A stretch of 64,000 nucleotides of DNA from the NCBI RefSeq assembly GCF_048403405.1, contig NZ_CP183129.1; one strand, written 5' to 3'. Shown here piece after piece: positions 32,402 through 45,602 of the stretch (position 1 is the first letter of the stretch; every line of letters begins with the position of its first letter). The DNA is from Escherichia coli (GTDB taxonomy: Bacteria > Pseudomonadota > Gammaproteobacteria > Enterobacterales > Enterobacteriaceae). The notes beneath the pieces were generated by a model that was not told where the DNA came from, searched no databases, and saw only the letters and a list, made by a program, of their open reading frames with translations. The position numbers and the translations under genes were made by a program.

Positions 32402-33052
32402 TTGGAATTTACCATGAAATACTTTAGCGATTCTAAATCTTCTTTTAGAAAAAAACAGGTTAGTCGACTAAACTCGCAACACTCCACTAAGCGTAAACCT
32501 GAAAACCAGCCCACGCGCGTGATCCTGTTCAATAAACCCTACGATGTTCTTCCGCAGTTCACCGATGAAGCCGGACGCAAAACATTAAAAGAATTCATCC
32601 CGGTTCAGGGCGTTTATGCAGCAGGTCGTCTTGACCGCGATAGCGAAGGGTTACTGGTGCTGACCAATAACGGCGCGTTGCAGGCGCGTTTAACCCAGCC
32701 GGGTAAACGCACCGGAAAAATCTATTATGTGCAGGTGGAAGGTATTCCCACACAAGACGCACTTGAAGCCTTGCGCAATGGCGTAACCTTAAATGATGGC
32801 TCTACCCTGCCCGCAGGCGTAGAGCTGGTTGACGAACCCGCGTGGTTATGGCCGCGGAATCCACCAATTCGTGAACGCAAAAGTATTCCCACCAGCTGGC
32901 TGAAGATCACCTTATATGAAGGACGTAATCGCCAGGTGCGCCGCATGACCGCCCATGTTGGTTTCCCCACGCTGCGACTGATTCGCTATGCGATGGGTGA
33001 TTACTCTTTGGATAATCTTGCCAACGGCGAATGGCGAGAAGCGACAGATTAA
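32402..33052 (+). CDS. rluE: 23S rRNA pseudouridine synthase RluE with non-K-12 N-terminus
   Basis: 216-aa ORF; ...[61 protein letters not shown] (RsuA/RluE fold); first ~30 residues differ from the K-12-like remnant at 30887. Confidence 0.85.
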   Translation: MEFTMKYFSDSKSSFRKKQVSRLNSQHSTKRKPENQPTRVILFNKPYDVLPQFTDEAGRKTLKEFIPVQGVYAAGRLDRDSEGLLVLTNNGALQARLTQPGKRTGKIYYVQVEGIPTQDALEALRNGVTLNDGSTLPAGVELVDEPAWLWPRNPPIRERKSIPTSWLKITLYEGRNRQVRRMTAHVGFPTLRLIRYAMGDYSLDNLANGEWREATD

Positions 33053-33061
33053 GGACGCAAA

Positions 33062-34683
<1,622 letters not shown>

Positions 34684-34718
34684 TTATTATCTTTACTTAA
34701 AACAAGGAAGCAGTGAAC

Positions 34719-35360
34719 GTGGCAAAGAATTACTATGACATCACCCTCGCCCTAGCTGGTATTTGTCAGTCGGCACGCCTGGTGCAACAACTCGCTCACC
34801 AGGGGCATTGTGATGCCGATGCGCTACACGTCTCACTCAACAGTATTATTGATATGAACCCCAGCTCGACGCTGGCGGTTTTTGGCGGCAGCGAAGCCAA
34901 CCTGCGCGTCGGGCTGGAAACCTTGCTCGGCGTGCTCAATGCCAGCAGTCGCCAGGGCTTAAACGCTGAGTTAACCCGCTACACACTCAGCCTGATGGTG
35001 CTTGAGCGCAAACTCTCCTCAGCGAAAGGTGCGCTCGACACTCTGGGCAACCGGATCAACGGCCTGCAACGCCAGCTCGAACACTTCGATTTACAGTCCG
35101 AAACGCTGATGAGCGCGATGGCTGCTATCTATGTTGATGTGATTAGCCCGCTTGGCCCGCGCATTCAGGTAACCGGTTCCCCTGCTGTACTGCAAAGCCC
35201 ACAAGTGCAGGCGAAAGTTCGCGCAACCCTGCTGGCAGGCATTCGCGCCGCCGTGCTCTGGCACCAGGTTGGCGGCGGACGTCTGCAACTGATGTTTTCT
35301 CGTAATCGCCTGACCACTCAGGCAAAACAAATTCTTGCTCATTTAACCCCGGAGTTGTGA
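34719..35360 (+). CDS. hflD: High-frequency lysogenization protein HflD
   Basis: GTG start giving [29 protein letters not shown]... (213 aa). Confidence 0.85.
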   Translation: MAKNYYDITLALAGICQSARLVQQLAHQGHCDADALHVSLNSIIDMNPSSTLAVFGGSEANLRVGLETLLGVLNASSRQGLNAELTRYTLSLMVLERKLSSAKGALDTLGNRINGLQRQLEHFDLQSETLMSAMAAIYVDVISPLGPRIQVTGSPAVLQSPQVQAKVRATLLAGIRAAVLWHQVGGGRLQLMFSRNRLTTQAKQILAHLTPEL

Positions 35361-36734
<1,374 letters not shown>

Positions 36735-36825
36735 GCCTCAAAACAGTGCCGGATGGCGATGCTGTCCGGCCTGCTTATTAAGATTATCCACTTTTTATTT
36801 TTTCACTTTACCTCCCCTCCCCGCT

Positions 36826-36842
36826 GGTTTATTTAATGTTTA
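36826..36842 (+). promoter_or_regulatory. PhoP box (direct repeat GGTTTA-N5-TGTTTA) in phoPQ promoter
   Basis: ggtttatttaatgtttac about 65-80 bp upstream of phoP start. Confidence 0.7.
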
Positions 36843-36903
36843 CCCCCATAACCACATAATCGCGTTACACTATTTTAATAATTAAGACAGGGAGAAATAA
36901 AAA

Positions 36904-37575
36904 ATGCGCGTACTGGTTGTTGAAGACAATGCGTTGTTACGTCACCATCTTAAAGTTCAGATTCAGGATGCTGGTCATCAGGTCGATGACGCAGAAGATG
37001 CCAAAGAAGCCGATTATTATCTCAATGAACATTTACCGGATATTGCGATTGTCGATCTCGGTTTGCCTGACGAGGACGGTCTGTCACTGATTCGCCGCTG
37101 GCGTAGCAATGATGTTTCACTGCCGATTCTGGTATTAACCGCCCGTGAAAGCTGGCAGGACAAAGTCGAAGTATTAAGTGCTGGCGCTGATGATTACGTG
37201 ACTAAACCATTTCATATTGAAGAGGTGATGGCGCGAATGCAGGCATTAATGCGGCGTAATAGCGGTCTGGCTTCACAGGTCATTTCGCTACCACCGTTTC
37301 AGGTTGATCTCTCTCGCCGTGAATTATCTATTAATGACGAAGTGATCAAACTGACCGCGTTCGAATACACCATTATGGAAACGTTGATACGCAATAATGG
37401 CAAAGTGGTGAGCAAAGATTCGTTAATGCTCCAACTCTATCCGGATGCGGAGCTGCGGGAAAGCCATACCATTGATGTACTGATGGGACGTCTGCGCAAA
37501 AAAATTCAGGCACAATATCCGCAAGAAGTGATTACCACCGTTCGCGGCCAGGGCTATCTGTTCGAATTGCGCTGA
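36904..37575 (+). CDS. phoP: Response regulator PhoP
   Basis: 223-aa [62 protein letters not shown]. Confidence 0.95.
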   Translation: MRVLVVEDNALLRHHLKVQIQDAGHQVDDAEDAKEADYYLNEHLPDIAIVDLGLPDEDGLSLIRRWRSNDVSLPILVLTARESWQDKVEVLSAGADDYVTKPFHIEEVMARMQALMRRNSGLASQVISLPPFQVDLSRRELSINDEVIKLTAFEYTIMETLIRNNGKVVSKDSLMLQLYPDAELRESHTIDVLMGRLRKKIQAQYPQEVITTVRGQGYLFELR

Positions 37576-39035
37576 TGAAAAAATTACTGCGTCTTTTTTT
37601 CCCGCTCTCGCTGCGGGTACGTTTTCTGTTGGCAACGGCAGCGGTAGTACTGGTGCTTTCGCTTGCCTACGGAATGGTCGCGCTGATCGGTTATAGCGTC
37701 AGTTTCGATAAAACTACGTTTCGGCTGTTACGTGGCGAGAGCAATCTGTTCTATACCCTTGCGAAGTGGGAAAACAATAAGTTGCATGTCGAGTTACCCG
37801 AAAATATCGACAAGCAAAGCCCCACTATGACGCTAATTTATGATGAGAACGGGCAGCTTTTATGGGCGCAACGTGACGTGCCCTGGCTGATGAAGATGAT
37901 CCAGCCTGACTGGCTGAAATCGAATGGTTTTCATGAAATTGAAGCGGATGTTAACGATACCAGCCTCTTGCTGAGTGGAGATCATTCGATACAGCAACAG
38001 TTGCAGGAAGTGCGGGAAGATGATGACGACGCGGAGATGACCCACTCGGTGGCGGTAAACGTCTACCCGGCAACATCGCGGATGCCAAAGTTGACCATTG
38101 TGGTGGTGGATACCATTCCGGTGGAGCTAAAAAGTTCCTATATGGTCTGGAGCTGGTTTATCTATGTGCTCTCAGCCAATCTGCTGTTAGTGATCCCGCT
38201 GCTGTGGGTCGCCGCCTGGTGGAGTTTACGCCCCATCGAAGCCCTGGCAAAAGAAGTCCGCGAACTGGAAGAACATAACCGCGAATTGCTCAATCCAGCC
38301 ACAACGCGAGAACTGACCAGTCTGGTACGAAACCTGAACCGATTGTTAAAAAGTGAACGCGAACGTTACGACAAATATCGTACGACGCTCACCGACCTGA
38401 CCCATAGTCTGAAAACGCCACTGGCGGTGCTGCAAAGTACGCTGCGTTCTCTGCGTAGTGAGAAGATGAGCGTCAGTGATGCTGAACCGGTAATGCTGGA
38501 GCAAATCAGCCGCATTTCACAGCAAATTGGCTACTACCTGCATCGTGCCAGTATGCGCGGCGGGACATTGCTCAGCCGCGAGCTGCATCCGGTCGCCCCA
38601 CTGCTGGACAATCTCACCTCGGCGCTGAACAAAGTGTATCAACGCAAAGGGGTCAATATCTCTCTCGATATTTCGCCAGAGATCAGCTTTGTCGGTGAGC
38701 AGAACGATTTTGTCGAGGTGATGGGCAACGTGCTGGATAATGCCTGTAAATATTGCCTCGAGTTTGTCGAAATATCTGCAAGGCAAACAGACGAGCATCT
38801 CTATATTGTGGTCGAGGATGATGGCCCCGGTATTCCATTAAGCAAGCGAGAGGTCATTTTCGACCGTGGTCAACGGGTTGATACTTTACGCCCTGGGCAA
38901 GGTGTAGGGCTGGCGGTAGCCCGCGAAATCACCGAGCAATATGAGGGTAAAATCGTCGCCGGAGAGAGCATGCTGGGCGGTGCGCGGATGGAGGTGATTT
39001 TTGGTCGCCAGCATTCTGCGCCGAAAGATGAATAA
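37575..39035 (+). CDS. phoQ: Sensor histidine kinase PhoQ
   Basis: 486-aa ORF, two TM segments, H-box ([12 protein letters not shown]), ATPase domain; overlaps phoP stop. Confidence 0.95.
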   Translation: MKKLLRLFFPLSLRVRFLLATAAVVLVLSLAYGMVALIGYSVSFDKTTFRLLRGESNLFYTLAKWENNKLHVELPENIDKQSPTMTLIYDENGQLLWAQRDVPWLMKMIQPDWLKSNGFHEIEADVNDTSLLLSGDHSIQQQLQEVREDDDDAEMTHSVAVNVYPATSRMPKLTIVVVDTIPVELKSSYMVWSWFIYVLSANLLLVIPLLWVAAWWSLRPIEALAKEVRELEEHNRELLNPATTRELTSLVRNLNRLLKSERERYDKYRTTLTDLTHSLKTPLAVLQSTLRSLRSEKMSVSDAEPVMLEQISRISQQIGYYLHRASMRGGTLLSRELHPVAPLLDNLTSALNKVYQRKGVNISLDISPEISFVGEQNDFVEVMGNVLDNACKYCLEFVEISARQTDEHLYIVVEDDGPGIPLSKREVIFDRGQRVDTLRPGQGVGLAVAREITEQYEGKIVAGESMLGGARMEVIFGRQHSAPKDE

Positions 39036-39110
39036 ATATGTCCATACTTCACGCATTACGTTAAGCATCCGTTATAATCGGTTGCAGATACCAGCCTGTG
39101 GATGCTTAAC

Positions 39111-40232
39111 ATGGAATACCAACTCACTCTTAACTGGCCCGATTTTCTTGAACGTCACTGGCAGAAACGTCCGGTGGTGTTAAAACGCGGCTTTAATAAT
39201 TTTATTGACCCGATCTCTCCAGACGAGTTGGCGGGTTTGGCGATGGAAAGCGAAGTCGACAGTCGACTGGTCAGTCACCAGGATGGCAAATGGCAGGTCA
39301 GCCACGGCCCGTTCGAAAGCTACGATCATCTCGGTGAAACTAACTGGTCATTGTTAGTGCAGGCAGTGAACCACTGGCATGAGCCGACCGCCGCGCTGAT
39401 GCGACCGTTCCGTGAACTACCGGACTGGCGTATTGATGATCTGATGATCTCTTTTTCTGTACCTGGCGGCGGCGTCGGCCCGCATCTCGATCAGTACGAC
39501 GTGTTTATCATTCAGGGTACCGGACGTCGTCGCTGGCGAGTGGGCGAAAAGCTGCAAATGAAACAGCACTGCCCACATCCGGATCTGTTACAGGTCGATC
39601 CGTTCGAAGCCATCATCGATGAAGAGCTGGAGCCTGGCGATATCCTTTATATTCCGCCAGGATTCCCGCATGAAGGCTACGCGCTGGAAAATGCAATGAA
39701 CTATTCCGTGGGTTTTCGCGCGCCAAATACGCGGGAACTGATTAGCGGATTTGCCGATTATGTGCTGCAACGTGAACTGGGCGGCAACTACTACAGCGAT
39801 CCGGATGTTCCACCTCGCGCTCATCCTGCGGACGTTCTGCCGCAAGAGATGGATAAACTGCGTGAGATGATGCTCGAATTGATCAACCAGCCGGAACACT
39901 TTAAGCAATGGTTTGGCGAGTTTATATCCCAGTCACGTCATGAACTGGATATCGCGCCGCCAGAGCCGCCTTATCAGCCGGATGAAATCTACGATGCGCT
40001 GAAACAAGGTGATGTGCTGGTGCGCCTGGGTGGTCTGCGCGTATTGCGCATTGGCGACGACGTGTATGCCAATGGTGAGAAGATCGATTCCCCACACCGT
40101 CCGGCACTGGATGCGCTCGCCAGCAACATTGCGCTGACCGCGGAGAATTTTGGTGATGCACTGGAAGATCCGTCATTCCTCGCGATGCTCGCGGCGCTGG
40201 TCAATAGCGGATACTGGTTCTTCGAAGGGTAA
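39111..40232 (+). CDS. roxA: Ribosomal protein uL16 arginine hydroxylase RoxA (YcfD), JmjC/cupin
   Basis: From MEYQLTLNWPDFLERHWQKRPVVLKRGF...; ORF in track starts at 39102. Confidence 0.85.
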   Translation: MEYQLTLNWPDFLERHWQKRPVVLKRGFNNFIDPISPDELAGLAMESEVDSRLVSHQDGKWQVSHGPFESYDHLGETNWSLLVQAVNHWHEPTAALMRPFRELPDWRIDDLMISFSVPGGGVGPHLDQYDVFIIQGTGRRRWRVGEKLQMKQHCPHPDLLQVDPFEAIIDEELEPGDILYIPPGFPHEGYALENAMNYSVGFRAPNTRELISGFADYVLQRELGGNYYSDPDVPPRAHPADVLPQEMDKLREMMLELINQPEHFKQWFGEFISQSRHELDIAPPEPPYQPDEIYDALKQGDVLVRLGGLRVLRIGDDVYANGEKIDSPHRPALDALASNIALTAENFGDALEDPSFLAMLAALVNSGYWFFEG

Positions 40233-40243
40233 GTTTGGATTTA

Positions 40244-40272
40244 AGCCGGATGCGGCATCACATGCCGCATCC
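40244..40272. terminator. Hairpin between convergent roxA and pepT
   Basis: ggatgcggcatcacatgccgcatcc perfect 10-bp stem. Confidence 0.5.
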
Positions 40273-40280
40273 CTTTTCGC

Positions 40281-41507
40281 TTACTTCCGTTGCGCCGTCA
40301 ACTCGGCAATACGGACGATCACCTGCACCGCTTTTTCCATACCTTCCAGAGTCACAAACTCATGCTTACCATGATAGTTGTAACCGCCAGTGAACAGGTT
40401 CGGGCACGGTAATCCCATAAACGACAACTGCGCGCCGTCGGTACCGCCGCGGATCGGTTTCAGTTCCGGTTCAATATCGCAGTCACGCATCGCCTGCTGG
40501 GCGATATCGAGAATATGCGGATGCTCAACCACTTTCTCGCGCATATTGTAGTAACTGTCTTCAATCACCAGTTCAATGTAGCAATCAGGATGTAACCCTT
40601 TGCCCACTTTTTTGGCGATCTCCATCATTTTACGTTTACGCGCTTCAAACTGTTTACGGTCGAAATCACGGATGATGTAGTGCATATCGGCCCGTTCAAC
40701 GGTGCCTTTCATGCTCGCCAGGTGATAGAAACCTTCATAGCCTTCTGTCATTTCCGGGCTTTCATCCGCCGGAACTTCCGCATGAATACGTGCCGCCAGC
40801 GACAGCGCATTTACCATCACTCCTTTCGCCGTGCCCGGGTGAACATTGTTACCGACAATTTTGATATTGACCGACGCGGCGTTGAAGTTTTCAAACTCCA
40901 GTTCGCCTACGCCACCACCATCAACGGTGTAAGCCCAGCGGGCGTCGAAGGCGTCAACATCAAAATGTTTCGCCCCTTTGCCCACTTCTTCATCCGGGGT
41001 AAAGGCGACGCGAATATCACCATGCGGAATGTTTTTCTGTTGCAATACCGCCAGCGCGGTCATGATTTCTGCAATACCTGCTTTGTCATCGGCACCTAAC
41101 AAGGTTTTACCATCGGTGGTAATCAGCGTCTGACCCAGTAGCTGATGCAGCACCGGGAACATAACCGGTGATAAAACTTCATCGCCGATACCCAGCGCAA
41201 TATCGCCACCGCGATAGTTTTCAACAATTTGCGGATTCACATTTTTGCCGCTGCAATCCGGTGAGGTATCCACATGAGAAATAAAGCCAATCGCCGGGAT
41301 ATCGCCAGGGACGTTAGCCGGTAACGTCGCCATCAAAGTGCCCTTCTCACTTAAGGTCACATTGATAAGCCCCATCTCTTCGAGCTGCTCTTTCAGCAGA
41401 TGCAATAACTTCCATTGGCCTTCCGTGCTGGGAACCTGTCTCACCCCTGCTTTTGATTGGGTATCCAGAGACACGTAGTTCAAAAATCGCTCAAGTAGTT
41501 TATCCAT
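40281..41507 (-). CDS. pepT: Peptidase T (tripeptidase, M20 family)
   Basis: From [47 protein letters not shown]... (408 aa); ORF in track extends to 41549. Confidence 0.9.
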   Translation of the reverse strand: MDKLLERFLNYVSLDTQSKAGVRQVPSTEGQWKLLHLLKEQLEEMGLINVTLSEKGTLMATLPANVPGDIPAIGFISHVDTSPDCSGKNVNPQIVENYRGGDIALGIGDEVLSPVMFPVLHQLLGQTLITTDGKTLLGADDKAGIAEIMTALAVLQQKNIPHGDIRVAFTPDEEVGKGAKHFDVDAFDARWAYTVDGGGVGELEFENFNAASVNIKIVGNNVHPGTAKGVMVNALSLAARIHAEVPADESPEMTEGYEGFYHLASMKGTVERADMHYIIRDFDRKQFEARKRKMMEIAKKVGKGLHPDCYIELVIEDSYYNMREKVVEHPHILDIAQQAMRDCDIEPELKPIRGGTDGAQLSFMGLPCPNLFTGGYNYHGKHEFVTLEGMEKAVQVIVRIAELTAQRK

Positions 41508-41756
41508 GTAGTCACCCTCACTTTTTGTGACAACATTATTAAGAAGCAAGAAAAGACAAATATTGCGTCAGGTCACTTTTACCCCTGCAAGCGGGAATAT
41601 TTATCAGCATTACCTTAATGAATATAAAGCTAAGCCAGTAATTCACAACAAAGATTGGCGATTCAAGCGGTTTGCCGTAGAATTACCGCCCTCATTAAGA
41701 GTCACCAAGGTGGTTAACCACAAACCCCGCATCGGTAAGCCATCCGTTGCGTTTAC

Positions 41757-42893
41757 ATGGGACAGAGTAAAAAATTGAATAAACAACCGAGTTCGCTTTC
41801 ACCGCTGGTGCAATTGGCGGGAATTCGCAAATGCTTTGATGGTAAAGAGGTCATTCCCCAGCTGGATCTGACTATCAACAATGGCGAGTTCCTCACGCTG
41901 CTTGGCCCTTCTGGCTGCGGTAAAACAACCGTTCTTCGCCTGATTGCAGGTCTGGAAACTGTTGATTCCGGACGCATCATGCTGGATAACGAGGACATCA
42001 CCCACGTTCCGGCGGAAAACCGCTATGTGAACACTGTTTTCCAAAGCTACGCACTTTTCCCCCACATGACCGTGTTCGAAAATGTGGCCTTTGGGTTACG
42101 CATGCAAAAAACCCCCGCTGCTGAAATTACGCCCCGCGTGATGGAAGCCCTGCGGATGGTGCAGCTGGAAACCTTCGCTCAACGTAAACCGCATCAGCTT
42201 TCTGGTGGTCAACAGCAACGCGTCGCCATTGCTCGCGCGGTGGTTAACAAGCCTCGTCTGTTGTTGCTGGATGAGTCGCTCTCAGCGCTGGATTACAAAC
42301 TGCGCAAACAGATGCAGAACGAGCTGAAAGCGCTACAGCGTAAGCTTGGCATTACATTCGTCTTCGTGACTCACGATCAGGAAGAAGCACTCACCATGTC
42401 GGACAGGATTGTGGTGATGCGCGATGGTCGCATTGAGCAAGACGGCACGCCGCGTGAAATCTACGAAGAGCCGAAAAACCTGTTTGTTGCTGGGTTTATT
42501 GGCGAAATCAATATGTTTAACGCCACTGTCATCGAACGTCTCGACGAGCAGCGCGTACGCGCCAACGTTGAAGGCCGCGAATGTAATATCTACGTTAACT
42601 TCGCCGTTGAACCGGGGCAAAAACTGCATGTTCTGCTGCGCCCGGAAGACTTACGTGTTGAAGAGATTAACGACGACAACCACGCTGAAGGGCTGATTGG
42701 TTACGTTCGCGAGCGTAACTACAAAGGCATGACGCTGGAGTCGGTTGTTGAACTGGAAAATGGCAAGATGGTGATGGTCAGCGAATTCTTCAATGAAGAC
42801 GACCCTGACTTTGACCACTCTCTCGACCAAAAAATGGCCATTAATTGGGTAGAAAGCTGGGAGGTCGTACTGGCTGATGAAGAACACAAGTAA
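41757..42893 (+). CDS. potA: Spermidine/putrescine ABC transporter ATPase PotA
   Basis: 378-aa ORF with Walker [10 protein letters not shown], signature LSGGQQQR, Walker B LLLLDE. Confidence 0.95.
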
Positions 42894-43740
42894 GTTCCAG
42901 AATGTAGTGATTGTCACTATTGTCGGTTGGCTTGTGTTGTTTGTCTTTCTGCCCAACCTGATGATCATTGGCACCAGCTTTTTGACCCGCGACGACGCCA
43001 GTTTCGTCAAAATGGTCTTTACGCTGGATAACTACACGCGTCTGCTCGATCCGCTCTATTTTGAAGTGCTATTGCACTCGCTGAATATGGCGCTGATCGC
43101 CACCCTCGCCTGCCTGGTGCTGGGCTTTCCTTTTGCCTGGTTTCTGGCGAAGTTGCCACACAAGGTGCGTCCGCTGCTGCTGTTTCTGCTGATTGTTCCG
43201 TTCTGGACCAACTCATTGATTCGTATCTACGGGCTGAAAATTTTCCTCAGCACCAAAGGCTATCTCAACGAGTTTTTGCTCTGGCTGGGCGTTATCGATA
43301 CACCAATTCGCATCATGTTCACACCCAGTGCGGTGATTATCGGTCTGGTTTACATTCTGCTGCCGTTTATGGTGATGCCGCTGTACTCCAGTATCGAAAA
43401 ACTGGATAAGCCGTTGCTGGAGGCGGCGCGCGATCTCGGTGCCAGCAAGTTGCAGACCTTTATCCGCATCATTATCCCACTGACGATGCCGGGGATTATT
43501 GCCGGATGCTTGTTGGTGATGCTGCCAGCGATGGGCCTGTTCTATGTGTCCGACCTGATGGGCGGTGCGAAAAACCTGCTGATCGGTAACGTCATCAAAG
43601 TACAGTTCCTCAATATTCGTGACTGGCCGTTTGGTGCAGCCACCAGCATTACGCTGACTATCGTAATGGGCCTGATGTTGCTGGTTTACTGGCGCGCTTC
43701 TCGCTTGCTGAATAAGAAGGTGAGCGAATTAGATGATTAA
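42877..43740 (+). CDS. potB: Spermidine/putrescine ABC transporter permease PotB (3' end abuts prophage DNA)
   Basis: 287-aa ORF, multi-TM permease with EAA-like loop ([23 protein letters not shown]); overlaps potA end; potC does not follow. Confidence 0.9.
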
Positions 43741-43971
43741 TCCTTTATATTCAATGCATTAAGTTTGTTTTTGAGTGGTTTTGCCGTTTAAGGTAACGGC
43801 GTTATAGATCCTATCAAAATCAATCAATTCCATTCTGGTTTTGGAGAAAGATTTTTCGAGAGCTTCGGTCTTTAACTAAAACTGATTGCGTATAATCCCA
43901 ATACCCCTCCCCGACTATCTGAATGGTCGGGGAGGCACTTCAAGCACAAAATATCATCCCTGCGCCGTTGA

Positions 43972-44238
43972 TTACTCTGCAGGTGAAGTCGGCCACTCAA
44001 TATCAGGTGCAGTTGATGTATCAACACGATTCAACAATACCCGATATTTATTCCATGCCTCCAGCAACGATCTTTCTTCCGCCGTTGCGATTTCCAGATC
44101 TACAGCATCCTGCAGTGGCGCAATATACTCACTGAATTCCTGGATGTGGAACTGTGTGGTGACGGTCTTCCAGTCATTCGGCTCCTGCTGTATCGAAGCA
44201 TACCAGGCTATTTCAATATCGCTATGCTGCGGCAGCAT
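43972..44238 (-). CDS. Tail fiber assembly protein fragment (Tfa C-terminal domain homolog, 88 aa)
   Basis: C-terminal 50 aa (...[52 protein letters not shown]) near-identical to the end of the full tfa at 45018-45602. Confidence 0.6.
   Translation of the reverse strand: MLPQHSDIEIAWYASIQQEPNDWKTVTTQFHIQEFSEYIAPLQDAVDLEIATAEERSLLEAWNKYRVLLNRVDTSTAPDIEWPTSPAE
43991..44134. repeat. Direct repeat copy 1 of tfa 3' end (about 85% identical to 45040-45183)
   Basis: ggccactcaatatcaggtgcagttgatgtatcaacacg... shared by both loci; also upstream shared motif ataatcccaat...gattactc. Confidence 0.85.
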
Positions 44239-44294
44239 TTAACCCCTTGTAATTCATCGCCATAATTGATTTAATTCACAAATAAAACTATAAC

Positions 44295-44963
44295 ATGGTG
44301 AAATCAATGAAAAAAAACACAGATGATGGGGCTAAAATTTACACACCACTTACCCTAAAGCTTTATGACTGGTGGGTTTTGGGAGTATCAAATCGGCTTG
44401 CATGGGGATGTCCTACAAAGGAACACCTTCTTCCACACTTTCTGGAACATGTAGGTAACAACCATCTGGATATTGGTGTTGGAACTGGGTTTTACCTTAC
44501 TCACGTACCTGAGAGTAGTCTGATATCTTTAATGGATTTGAACGAAGCTAGCCTGAACGCGGCATCTACAAGGGCTGGGGAATCAAAAATTAAACATAAA
44601 ATTAGCCATGATGTTTTTGAACCTTATCCCGCGGCGTTACATGGTCAATTTGATTCCATTTCCATGTTTTACCTTCTTCACTGCCTGCCTGGAAATATAT
44701 CTACAAAAAGCTGTGTAATACGCAATGCGGCGCAGGCCTTAACTGACGATGGAACTCTATACGGAGCCACAATTCTTGGCGATGGAGTTGTGCACAATAG
44801 CTTCGGTCAAAAACTGATGCGCATTTACAATCAGAAAGGCATCTTTTCAAACACAAAAGATTCCGAAGAAGGCTTAACACATATACTCTCAGAGCATTTC
44901 GAGAATGTTAAAACCAAGGTTCAAGGTACTGTAGTAATGTTTTCCGCTTCAGGGAAAAAATAG
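44295..44963 (+). CDS. Class I SAM-dependent methyltransferase (prophage moron)
   Basis: 222-aa ORF with Rossmann motif I (HLDIGVGTGFYL) and acidic motif II (LISLMDLNEASL); markedly AT-rich relative to flanks; opposite strand to phage structural genes; alternative start at 44307 (MKKNTDDG). Confidence 0.7.
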   Translation: MVKSMKKNTDDGAKIYTPLTLKLYDWWVLGVSNRLAWGCPTKEHLLPHFLEHVGNNHLDIGVGTGFYLTHVPESSLISLMDLNEASLNAASTRAGESKIKHKISHDVFEPYPAALHGQFDSISMFYLLHCLPGNISTKSCVIRNAAQALTDDGTLYGATILGDGVVHNSFGQKLMRIYNQKGIFSNTKDSEEGLTHILSEHFENVKTKVQGTVVMFSASGKK

Positions 44964-45017
44964 CATCCAACCGCAGCACGTTCTTGCTTAAGACGTGCTG
45001 CGGCATAATCCCAATGA

Positions 45018-45602
45018 TTACTCCCTGACAGGGTTCGTAGGCCACTCAATATCAGGTGCAGTTGATGTATCAACACGGTTCAGCAACACCCGATACTTTT
45101 TCCAGGCTTCCAGCAATGAGGTTTCTTCCTCCGTTGCAATTTCCAGATCTGCAGCATCCTGAAGCGGCGCAATATGCTCACTGGCTACCTGCATCAGGTT
45201 GTTTTTTGTTTCTTCCGCCTCCCGGATCCGGAACAGTTTTTCTGCTTCCGTATCCTTCACCCAGGCTGTGCCGTTCCACTTCTGAAACTCCCCTTCCGGC
45301 GATAACCAGGTAACATTTTCCGGTAACGGACCGAGTTCAGAAATAAATAACTCGTCCCCTGACGCTACGTCATAAACCGTTTTCCCCCGATGGTCTTCAA
45401 CGAGATGCCACGATGCCTCATCACTGTTGAAAACAGCCACAAAGCCAGCAGGAATATCTGGTGGTGCAATATCGGTACTGTTTGCTGGCAGACCTGTATG
45501 AGGCGGAATATATGCGTCACCTTCACCAATAAATTCATTAGTTCCGGCCAGCAGATTATAAATTTTTATGGTCCGTGCTTGTTCACTCATTCTGAATGCC
45601 AT
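45018..45602 (-). CDS. tfa: Tail fiber assembly protein Tfa
   Basis: 194-aa [82 protein letters not shown]... recognised as lambda Tfa-like. Confidence 0.9.
   Translation of the reverse strand: MAFRMSEQARTIKIYNLLAGTNEFIGEGDAYIPPHTGLPANSTDIAPPDIPAGFVAVFNSDEASWHLVEDHRGKTVYDVASGDELFISELGPLPENVTWLSPEGEFQKWNGTAWVKDTEAEKLFRIREAEETKNNLMQVASEHIAPLQDAADLEIATEEETSLLEAWKKYRVLLNRVDTSTAPDIEWPTNPVRE
45040..45183. repeat. Direct repeat copy 2 of tfa 3' end
   Basis: See copy 1; the two copies bracket the methyltransferase gene. Confidence 0.85.

Noticed and set aside
43972-45602. Pin/Gin-type invertible tail-fibre segment
   Set aside because: The two tfa-like sequences are direct, not inverted, and no serine invertase gene or crossover-site pair in inverted orientation is present.
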